Shown here: in pieces, positions 13,621-24,800 of the stretch
Position numbering within the stretch: position 1 is the stretch's first letter
Layout: every line of letters begins with the position of its first letter
DNA from: Takakia lepidozioides
Taxonomy: Eukaryota; Plantae; Bryophyta
NCBI GenBank assembly: GCA_030704615.1
Contig: CM060731.1
Location: forward strand, 53,816,001 to 53,880,000
Direction: 5' to 3'
DNA: 64,000 nt
Program-made: the position numbers and the translations under genes
Notes under the pieces: model-generated
Database searches by the model: none
What the model was told of the DNA's origin: nothing
Seen by the model: only the letters and a program-made list of their open reading frames with translations

Positions 13621-14386
13621 GTAAGTCTTTACATTCAAGTGGCTGAACTCAAGCCCAGGGGGAATTCCCCCAACACAGCATTTTAAGGTACCTCGTTGAG
13701 AATATGGCACGGGCGCCTCTTTAGCGTCAGCCGCAGCATATAGATACCATGTACTGTCCATGGTTACATGATCCTCGCATGTAGGAATCGACATTCGACC
13801 CTCAATCTAAACATCTCAGAAAATTCCGGTAAATCTACAGTAGCTTTTGTAGAATGTACATTGTTGAGCTTCCTCCATCACACCTCGACGCGGTTGCGTT
13901 TATGTCTAAGCTAAACTAAAGAAGCCATAAAACCGTCATGATATGCAATGTTGACCACATTTACCCCCCCATGGCAATCCTTCCTATGTGATCAGACGCT
14001 TTTGAGTCGGCCTGAGCTCAACAACATCTATCCAACGGAGGAAGTAGACATGCATCAAAAGACGCACTAGACTTCGCAGATTTCGGCAGACCTCGCACTG
14101 ACAGACGCTCCTTCCCTTCATGCTACGCTACTGGTGACCCCTACCACTCTCCCTCTTCCTCTCGCTACCATACCATGCCCCCCCCTGCCCCACTTTTCAA
14201 CCTTTCTCCGGCACAACTCTCTTCATGAATAAAGAGCTCCGCTACACCAGTCGTCCGTGGACTTGGGTGAGACTGGGTCTGGCTTCTTTTCCAAGCTCTC
14301 CTCCACGTCCGAAGTAACATCGTCACACACAAAGCCGCTGAAGACACGGATCTCTTCAATAGGTGAGAGACCAGAACAAGCATTAG

Positions 14387-14758
14387 TTAATATTTGGTGT
14401 GACCCCCATTGGAAGTTATTTTTGCCGGCATACTTCCGTTTACACAGATCTTGGACGGTCCCCCACTCACTGTTATCTTGGCTTGATGCTTCATCACCAT
14501 TTGCTTCTGCTTCAGAGACTGCATTCGAGTACTGAACTCATCGAGATGCACTACCTCTACCCAATTGGCAGGGTGGCGAAGAAAGAACTCCCAATCTATA
14601 ACATTGATGAAAACTGTGACGATAACGCCGGCCAAATACGTGTACGCCATCGTCGTGTATGAGTGATTGGCATAGCCAACGACGGCGGCAAGTGCAACGG
14701 ATCCTAGGACAGTGCTTGCCAGCATCTGTTGTTGACACTTTGGGCTGGGCCAATCCAT
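14387..14758 (-). CDS. Signal peptidase complex subunit 1 (SPC12/SPCS1)-like protein, intronless, 123 aa
   Basis: MDW...Q start, two hydrophobic segments (AVVGY...TMAYTYLAGVIVTVFINVIDWEFFLRHPANW), matching the plant SPC12 pattern MDW.GQ...VGY...Y.GGV......VP.W.FF.RHP..W. ATG at 14758, TAA at 14387. Confidence 0.75.
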   Translation of the reverse strand: MDWPSPKCQQQMLASTVLGSVALAAVVGYANHSYTTMAYTYLAGVIVTVFINVIDWEFFLRHPANWVEVVHLDEFSTRMQSLKQKQMVMKHQAKITVSGGPSKICVNGSMPAKITSNGGHTKY

Positions 14759-16336
14759 TTCGCAATTTCGAGGGAACCCAAGCTCTGTTCGTAGAAGCGA
14801 TATACACAAGCAGGGAAGGTGTAAACCTTAATATTATCCCCGGCCACAACGACTCTCCCTCAAATATCTCTCGTTTCTCTTGCAGTATCTTCTCAGTACC
14901 CTTCACATGTATAATATCTCCCCACCCCGGCAAAAAATCTCACGGACCGCTTCCAACTCAATTCACAGCTATGTCTCCCCTTTCCCTCTAACTCTCTCTC
15001 TCTCTCAAGCTCACCTGCTGCTTCAGCTATCACCGCTCTATACTGCTTCCGACTTCTCGTTCAGGTCTCTCACAGTCAACAACACCCACCCAAGCTCAGA
15101 CTGCTTCACAACCTCTCTCTTCTCCCCGAACAAAATCTCTCTTCGTCCCAGATCCAGCTCAGTCTACCACCAGACACTCGATCTACCGCTGACTCCTGCG
15201 GAGCAACAAGCAGCCCTTTTATCCAGAGGAAGCGCAGCACTGTCTCGCTCGACTTCCTGGAAGCCAGGCACGCACGTAATGATGAGGGAGGGTCGCCATA
15301 GCCGCTGCTTCGCTCCTGCACCGTACGTGCCTACCCTCTCCGCGTCCAACCGACCGTCTGCCGTCTCCCACGCAGGACTATACGGCTTACGAAGGCTCGT
15401 TATACTCATATAATACCAGTACAAACATTGAATACATCGTGGCCACAGTGTGTTAGCTTCAAACTGCGAAGCCCCAATCTTTGGCACGTTCACCACGCTC
15501 ACTGCGAGCCTTCACTCAGAGCAACATCTCCGCGTTAGGGACCACATTTGCTTCAGCAACCTTCGACAAGTGTCACGGGGTGTCAGATCTCTTGTGTTTG
15601 CCTTCCTTTTTTGATTTGGGTTCTGTGCAGGCGCCTTGTGGCCATCTTTGAGAACCTCAAGCCTTGCATCTTTTTGGTTAATTGAGCCTCTTCCCATGCA
15701 ATCTAACCCTCTGGACCCCTCTTCCCATGCAATCTAAGTTATTCATTCCAATTCCTGCAGTCTTCATCGACAATCGATCGCAGCTACTGAATATAGATTG
15801 TCGAGGGAAGGTTACTCTCTACCTGTCCAGTGAGATCTGTCGACGAAAGAAACCAGTTGACTGGGATAGATCAGGAGAAGTTGACTCATCAGCAGTCCAC
15901 TTGTGGGCCCATTCTGCAAATCAATTCAAGCAGTTGACCTGTCAGAATTAAGTTAATGAGCACCTACCCTCACCTCCACACAGCACCGTGGGCTGTGTAC
16001 CTGCAATCAGTACTCACATGTACGCTGCCGACGGACACCCTGCCAGCTCCTCACATTTGAAAGCGGCGTAAAGTTGGGCACTGGAATCTCATCCTCAGTT
16101 TGGCGACATTTGTGGTACTTCAAGAGAGTGGAGTTATCGATTCATGGCGTACGGTTGCTAAAAATATAAGCTGACATTAAAGAAACACCAGCGATTTGTT
16201 TGCATTCAATCAACGCGCACTCTTTGACTCCACAATACCAACAAAAGAGGCCTGCCCCACTGTCATGGCCGTCACATATCTCGGGTCTCACACCTATTCC
16301 GAAGGATCCAGAAAATCTCGCCGCGGCGCTCTCCAC

Positions 16337-17264
16337 CAGTGTTGTTTTTTGACAGGTAGCCCTACCTTTTTTGTGACAGGTTTAATTTTGTTTTGACTGT
16401 CACTGTGACAGACAACTTCAAGAAAATGCCTTTCACATGACAGGTTGACAGATTTTTGACCTTTCACACAATTTTGTCATATGAAATTAAAACAAAAAAT
16501 GAAAAGAAGTGTGAATTTCTTACAACTACAATTAGTGAACCCCGTGGGAAAAAAATTAAAAATCCGTGAATACATATGGTATTGTCTTTTTGTTCATAGG
16601 TTCCAAGTCCAACTCAAACATAGCATTATCTTATTCTCTAACTATAAGGACTTTAGCATTTATTTCATACAAGCCCCAGCCTCTCTTCTTTCAGAGATAT
16701 TTTCTTGGCTTATCAATGAGCTAGGAAATACAATATGCGATTGTAAGTTTGTACTCAACACCCTTGTCACAAAAAAATAATAATAATAATAATAATAATA
16801 AGAATGGTGGGTAGAGCACGCATAGGAAACAAGCTTAAAATGCCGATTGGCTCTCTTGCTTTGGAAAAACATAAGAGGAAGGTGAGAGAGGGGCATGACT
16901 TAGCGCAACACACCAATCGGTGCCTTTACACGGTGTAATGGCCTTTGACCACATTTTCTCCATTGACTTCAACTTGATGCAAAGTCTCTCTCTACAAGAG
17001 AGCCAACAAAGACGGAGAGCCTAGAGGTTTAAGGCTTGAAATACAAAGAAGGGCAGTTGGCAGTGCCTCTCCTAGGTGGACTTAGTAATAAAATTACCCC
17101 TAATTATCAGAAATTTCTGCCTTTCTTTTGACAGGCTATTTTTTTTGTTGACTTTCACTGTGACAGGCTTTTTTTTCTCACTGCCTTTCTTTTGACAGGC
17201 TCATATTTTTTTTGCCTTTTTTTGCCTGTCAAATGCCTTGTGACAGGTGCAAAAATCAGCCTTG
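16337..17264. mobile_element. Non-autonomous hAT-like DNA transposon (928 bp)
   Basis: Perfect 8-bp TSD CTCTCCAC (16329-16336 and 17265-17272). Imperfect 15-bp TIRs CAGTGTTGTTTTTTG vs CAAGGCTGATTTTTG (11/15). Clustered subterminal TGACAG(G) motifs at both ends. Confidence 0.8.
16777..16800. repeat. (TAA)n microsatellite
   Basis: About 8 TAA units visible inside the hAT-like element. Confidence 0.9.
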
Positions 17265-18861
17265 CTCTCCACCCCCAACCCCTGCTCCAGTGCTCAGCAT
17301 ACATTCGAGAAGGCTCGAGATATTCCGACAACTGAACACCAAGGACAAGTGGCTGTTTGATACTTAGATGCACCAAGTCCTGGATTCATTGATTTTGCAG
17401 AGGGAGGCAGAAACGCTCCCTGGCCCACGTCTGTCGACAAGTCATTAGTCATTACACTCGACACGCGCAGCTCTGTGCGCTATCTCCACCTGCCAATGCC
17501 AGCTTCACTCTGATTTCTACATATCTACCACATCAGCATAGATCATGATCACTGCACGCGTGTCAAATCAGCCCACGGTATCCTGCTCCGACTCTGTCCA
17601 ACGCATCCAACTACCGTGGTGGGAAGGCTGATCCGGTAGTGAAGTGCCGAATATTTATTTTCTTTACAACAAAACACTTCGGCAAATTTCTAGATTTTAC
17701 GGCAATGCCATGACGAGAATTTAAGTAATTCGCCTGTGACTCCCTTCATGAACTTGCTCTATCTACTGTACCATTATGCACCAACAGTCAGTAGTTTAGA
17801 TGGCACCAAGTGCCACCCAGATGATTCTGGGGTCAAATCTTGCTACTGACGGGTGGTATATGGTTCCTGGGCGGTGTCCCACTAATTCGCCTCCATGGCG
17901 CATAAATGAAAGAGGTTATTTTCTCCTCTCACTACTAAGGGGCCAAATTTGTGATCTGGCGCTCCCAGGTGTTTCCCTTTTTTCAAAAAATAAAAATAAA
18001 AAAATAAATAAATTATGTGGGTTGTTAAGAGCCATGAGAACATTATGGTCAATCATCAAATGCAGTGATTGTTCAGCCAATTATTCTAGGATTTCTCAGA
18101 GCTAAGGAAAATATTTTCCTAGAGCTTTATGCCTTGAAACGTGCATTTGGAGATTTGATATTTGGAGTTTGTTTGAGATTTTAGGCATTTTTTTGTAAAG
18201 TTTTACCTAAATTTTCACTTAATTATTAGGCAGATTCATTTCTAATTATGTAGTGCCGGATCAGCCTTCCCACTGGTAATAAACAAGGTGAGAGATTGCC
18301 AAACTCCATGGTGACCATCCCAAAATGTCGAGGAAGATGTCTTTGGTTTGAGGGACATTCTTGCAATCTCAAATGCGCCATCTGAAATGTCAGTTTCCCA
18401 CTGATCTTTGAAGTTTGATCTCTTTGTGATTGAAAGACAATCCACAGCAGCCAAGCTAATGCGAAACCCGGTAAGTATAGTATGGCTGGAGGGTAAACAA
18501 CTTGTTTCTCCACAACTTCAAACAACCTCCCAAGTTCTCTCCAACTGTCTTTCATACATGACAGTATTTAGTCACACAGCTTGTATGAGCATACATCACT
18601 TAGATTCCGAACCCTCCCAGTTCCCAAATGACGTGTTTAGGCAGTTTAACATCAGGAAAGTTTAGCTGACTCGTGACCATATCTTTTAGCTTTATCAGAT
18701 TTTCAAGGCAAATGTCCCAGGTCTTCAGAATTGTGTTCCTCACAAAATGGAATACAACACTCTTCATGGTCCAACCACCATCCCTTGAAGAGAGAGAGAG
18801 CTAGGGAGGAATGTCTGCAGAAAGTCCCGACCCTGAGCCTCGATGAGGTGAAATCCAACAC

Positions 18862-21800
18862 TCAATCCACAGAATTTGCCAGGACTCTAAATGCTGTGAA
18901 TTTTAGCAAAAGCTCGTTTTCTACCCGATGCAGAACAAAAAGCTCCTTGGAAGTTATGAAGCTTGTCACAGTGCCACGCTCCTGTGTGATTGGCCGGCGT
19001 CCTGTTCGTCCTGCACGGTGGATGTAGGAAGTTACCGAGGTTGGCCACTCCAGGTTGTACACGTGGCTCACTTCTGGCAGGTCCAGACCCCTTGCCGCCA
19101 GCTCTGTTGCTATCAACAGACATCTGCCTTCCCTGAACTCCTGCAATGGTGTAAAGGCGAGTTTACTTTTTTTAAGTTGTTCAGGTTTTTAAGTGGAAGA
19201 AGGGTCCCTCTGGAAAGAGAAAGGGAGACCAAGTATTACACAACAACTGACATAACGGAACAAATGATGATTGTTTGGCCCTCCTACAAGGCCAGCCTTT
19301 CACCAGCCTTCCAGAAAGATGAATATTTCCAAGCCTCCCAAGTGGTGGCCACAGGTATGCAAAAGGCAAGGTAACCCTAATTCCAGTTACCAAAACTTTA
19401 GACCGAACTGTTCAAGTTTATACTAAAATCCTTGGCTCTCTGCCCTCACTGCTGCATGCCTACAATTCCCAAGACACAATGTAAGAGTGTTAATGCTTGG
19501 TTAACACAACATTTAAGGTCCAGTTTGTTTTTTAAAAAGCCTGTCTAATCCTCTGGTGAGTTGTTCTGCAGGTTTGTGGATTTAGAAAGAAAGAAGGAAA
19601 CAAAGAGGCCCTGTCTTGCTGCAGTCCCTTTAAGAGGTTTCAACCTGACACTATTTGGTGGTCCATTGAGACATAATCCATGCAGCAAAAGATTGCTATA
19701 GAGACATACAGATAGACTGGAAGCACGAGCATTGATGTGGGCATCTTCCTCCAAAATTAAGGGTTCCCATTGCCGATTGCTTTCATTCGCCACAACTGCA
19801 CTGTTCATCTTTGCCAGGAAGTCAGCCACGGCAACTGTTGAAGGTATGTCGCCTGCCCTACTTGACTTTTCAGACTGATGACACAAGACAGCACTAATGT
19901 GTGAATTCTTTTAACATGTTCATGGGTTGTACTCTGGCCAATTCCAAGAATGATAACCTTTGGTAAACTAGCTGCAAAGTTTCCTAAACCTCCACATCCA
20001 ATGAACCCCTCTCATGCAGAACACGAAGTCCAAAACTGTCTCACAGTCAAACAGGTTGGAACTCTATTGACTTTACCACATACTGACAGAATCGAAAGGA
20101 GCCTCTTTCTCACACCAAGTAGTGATGACTTGCATGCACAAAGTATCACTGTTATGGTTCAACATGCACTCCGAGGATAAGCACCTGGTCGTTCACAAAA
20201 ATGATAGCTGCCCTTGGCGCATCTGCTTCCAACACTGAAAATAGAGCCTGCAGTCTTTCTTCCTTCTCACACACCTGGGAGTCCCACATGTTGGGCACTC
20301 ATTACAACTACCTACACGAAACAGTCCACATTCCTCTGCTAGACTGGTGGGACCAGTAAAGAGATGCTGGGATATCAATGAATGGCATAAGCACTAGTCT
20401 ATGACCAATATACTCGACGGTTCCCAGAGAGTGAGAGAGAGGCATGCCCACAGAACCTGTTCCCAATTGCAGCAAATAACCCACCTTTCCCCCAAGTGCA
20501 GTGAAAAAATGCAGAGGCAGGTAGACTCCAACAAAAGACCCAATACAAGCAAAGGAGGACGTTTGGTGTAGACAGGGGCATACCACATAGCGGTGATGAA
20601 GAAAGGATGGTATCTTTTCTTCAGGAGAAACATGGATATGTACTATGTTCTCCTGCAAAATGTGAGTTATAAATAATCAAGAGGAAGTTCTGATGACATG
20701 GAGGATGATCAAGAATAGATCCTTCCACACAGTATGTAGCCCAAGACTCATCTATGTACTACACCACTCCCACTCTGACCACCAGTTCTCCCCTTTCCTC
20801 CATTTCAGAATAGAATCTGTTGTAAGATTTACCCGAGATCTCCATATACCTGCTACTTCCTTGCAATTCATCTTTGTTCATGCCACCAACTATCAGTTTA
20901 GTATTGCTTCTAGTTCATTTTGTCACCCTGAATGGAGGACACTCAGTACCAAATGCTAGGCCTCATGGAAAGTGATGGATTGTAGAAGCACCAACCTTGG
21001 CCCACTTGTTCTGTATGCAATCTATTAAGAAACGGCGATGCTGAGGAATAGTGGCGCTTGCGAGGATAGTTTGTCTTTCCTGGGGACGAGTGTGCACACT
21101 CAGAAGCTTCTGGAGAAGGCCACCTTCCTTTGCAGCGCCAACCATGGCATCCACCTGTCCTGCACAATTCAGTGATTTATTGTTTTAATGATGCACTTTC
21201 ATGCAAAGTGCTGGCGATACATATGGACACAGAAAGAATGTTCTTGTAAGACGTTGTTTGCTGTAGCCTTGGCCATAGACCCTGCGCCAGATAGACACTA
21301 ACTTTGTATGGGGCTCACTCCAGTAGTGGAACTTACCTTGGTATAAACGATATCCCGGAGCCTTTTGTGGGTTCACACCCACCAGGTTTGAGAGAGAATA
21401 TGCTCATAAGACATTTGCCATAGCCTTGTGGCCATAGCCCCCCCGCCCAGTTTGGGCAGAACAAAAGGGAAGAGATACTACCTGGCTCACTCCGGTAGTG
21501 TGATATAGACAATCAGTTTGGGTTTTCCAGATATCCTCTACAAAGCCCTTCACGCAAGCATCAACTTGCTGTGTGTGAGCTGCCCAGCAATTAGACCCCA
21601 ACAGGGCCAGGGCTTTAGGCTCAGCCTCAAATTTTGAAAGTAGGTGACCAGAGGTGCGGGGATAATGTTCTTTATATTCCTGCAGAGGGTCACTCCCTGG
21701 TGAGAATATCCCGGACAAAGTATCAGAAAGTGGATATTGTCTTCAGGCTGCCCCCACATCGGGCAATTACAATCTCCTCTGCCCCTCTGCATCTGTTTAT

Positions 21801-24800
21801 TGTTCAAAGGTAGGCTCCTCACCCTGAGTTTAACTATATACGTATATATAGAACCTCCCTGTCCTCTAGGAAGCCTATTGCCATTGGGTGGACTTGATAC
21901 GGGAGTACATTAATGTCTCTGTGACTAAATGCCGGCCTTGTGACCTCGTGTCCTTGTTTGTTTCGACCTGAAGCGCTTTGCTCCAGGTAAGGTAGTGCAT
22001 TGGATTTAGTTGGAAAGCTTGGGGCCTTTCCCTCTTTAGAATATGCCTACACGGGCCATTCCCTGCAACTCCCTGGAGTGTGATCTCTGAATGGTAACAA
22101 GCGGACCCCTACCGCTTGGGGGCAGCCCCTCCGCCCAATTTGGGCAGTCGTATGCTCTGTATAGCATACTCGGCACTTGGGCTCGGGATCCCAGGATGGA
22201 CGATGTGTCCTTTAAAACTACATGCTCTAGCTTAGGCTTGGATTTCTTGGCTAATGGTTCCATCTCGAGACTTGATAACAGGGGTACGTTGAAGGTTGCA
22301 ATGTCCAAAAGTGCTTCTAATAGAGTCCCACATCAATTCAATCTCAAAGAAGTTCGTCCCTTGACTGGCTGGAGAGCGGTCTTAGACATTGGTGATTCAA
22401 TGGGGCACTCTAGGAAGACAACCAAGGGCAAGGACTTCAACTTGAGAGTTTCTAATCGGTTTGATGCTCTGGATGAGGTTGAATCCAAACAGCCAGAAGG
22501 ACAAGATGCCCCTAAGTGTACAGAACCTGAACGTCCTGAATCTGAAGGATTTGGTACTCTGAATGGTTTACCAATCCTCAAGGTTTACACAAGACGAACA
22601 AATTCTATACACGGGGTAATTGTCCCCAAGCCGTCAGATGGACAATCTGTCCCTAAGTGTGCAGAGCCTGAACGTCGTGTAACTGAAGGATTTGGTACTC
22701 TAAATGGTTTACCAATCCTCAAAGTCTACACAAGACGAGCAAAATCTATGCACGGGGTAATTGTCCCCAAGCAGTCTGACGGACAATATGCCCCTAAGTG
22801 TGCGGAGCCTGTGCGTCGTGTAACTGAAGGATTTGGTACCCTGAATGGTTTACCAATTCTCAAAGTCTACACAAGACGAGCAAAATCTACACATGGGGTA
22901 ACTGTCCCCCCTTTGCAGAACGGTTTCCCGTCCAGGAGCAATCACAAGCTACCTAGACGACAAACAATTCACATGCAAAGGGCTGGCTTGCGGCTGGCCA
23001 CTTTCAACTTCTCAGGGCTTACTAACCAAAGGAAACAACTCGAAGTGGGACAAGTCCTTCGGACTAATGATATTCATATCTGTGCTGGGCAAGAAACATG
23101 GGAAACGTCGGATAAACTGGTTGGAGATGTCAATGGTTATAAATGGGCAGGTAGGATGTGTACTCTCAAGGCAGCCTCTGCCAAACGCGGTCAGAAAGGG
23201 GTTGGATTCTTTGTCTGTGATTTCTTGTTTGATAATTGTGAAATTATCAACAAGGGTTTGAGGTACGAGCATAGTATCTGGCTAAAACTGAATCTGAAGG
23301 GCGGCATGAGTACGAAGGACCTCTTTGTGGGTTGTGTTTACATGCCCACAGAGGGGACCCTTAGTGCTGACGCAGACAAAGCCTTCGAAGATGTAAAGCT
23401 GGACTGTGCCTCGTTCCTTGCCAAAGGTCAGGTAGTGCTATTGGGTGACTTCAATGCTCGGGTGGGCAAAGGGCTCCATCAGGACGATATCATTGGGCCT
23501 TTTGGTGAGGACGAGCTGAATTCTAATGGCTGACAGTTAATTAACTGTCTGGAAGAGCTTCAGCTTTTGACCTTGAATAACAGGACAAGAGGTGACCAAG
23601 TGCAGTGGACTCGTGAGAAATCCCAAACTGGGGAACGTTCCATTGTGGACTATATCATAATGGACAAAAATTTGTTTCCCCAGTGTGCCAATGTGTTGAT
23701 CGACAGAACTGATATTGGTACCTCTGACCACTTCCTGGTTTGGACTGAGATCAAAAGGTGTTTTCCCAACACCAAGAGATCTGTGAAACGTTCGATTCGG
23801 AAGTGGCGCATAGAAAAATTCCATAATGAGGAGGTCAAGGCTGAGTACGTCCAGGCCTTGCAAGAGGCTCTCCCTCATTTTGTCCAATCGCTCCAAGAAC
23901 TTCAGTCTCGCTCTGACAACGCAAGAAATGAAGTCGAAAGAGCAGTGGACTCTTGGGAGAGTTTCGTTTCCTCCGTGGCTGAAAAGATCATTGGGAGGAA
24001 ACTAATTGTCTGCGGTAGAGCTGTTAATTGGTGGACCAATGAGATCAAACTCAAGATAGCTGAGAGACGAGCCCTTTATAAAGAGTGCTGCAATTTGAAA
24101 ACCAACAGAGAATTGTGGGCGAGGTACTACCAGCTCCGTAAAGATATCAATCAGCTTGTTAGGTCTCAGAAGAAATTATACTGGGACAAGTTATACAGTG
24201 AAATAAACTCAAACCACCATGGTGGTAATGACAAGAAATTCTGGCTGGCCCTTCAACGTTTGTACAAGCCTAAAAACGGTCAGCAAGTACAAGCGCTGAA
24301 GACTACTAAAGGTGCAGTGGTGACTTCATCGGTTGACATTGTCAAAACCTTTGAAAATCACTACATTATCCTTGGCAGAACTTCTAGGTCTAACAGTGAG
24401 GGGTCTTCTGCTGAATGGAGGGACACAGTTGGAAAAACTGTTCCTATGATTCACAACAGCCCTGATGAACTGGAGTATATTTCAATGGCTTATAACGCTC
24501 CCATTAGTTCTTCTGAGATTGTGGAAGCAATTGAACATTTAAATGGATATAAAGCTGGTGGACCTGATGGTATTGTCAACGAGCTTATCAAGCACGGTGG
24601 CGATCCCATGATAGAGGCCCTAGTTCTCCTCTTTAACCTTATCTGGAAGACTGAAATGATCCCCTTTCGCTGGCGACAGGGGGTCATTGTCAATCTATAC
24701 AAGAAGGGTGACAGAGAAGAACCGGGGAACTACCGTGGCATCACGCTCCTCAATGCTGTTGGCAAGACATTCTGCAGAGTTATAAGTACTCGTCTCGAGG

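Noticed and set aside
21987-22039. Possible GT-AG intron in the LINE 5' UTR
   Set aside because: Only 53 nt long, it joins no upstream ORF, and it cannot be supported without transcripts.
23531-23533. TGA repaired by U-to-C RNA editing
   Set aside because: Plant U-to-C editing is known from organelles, not nuclear retroelement RNAs. CpG deamination is a simpler explanation.
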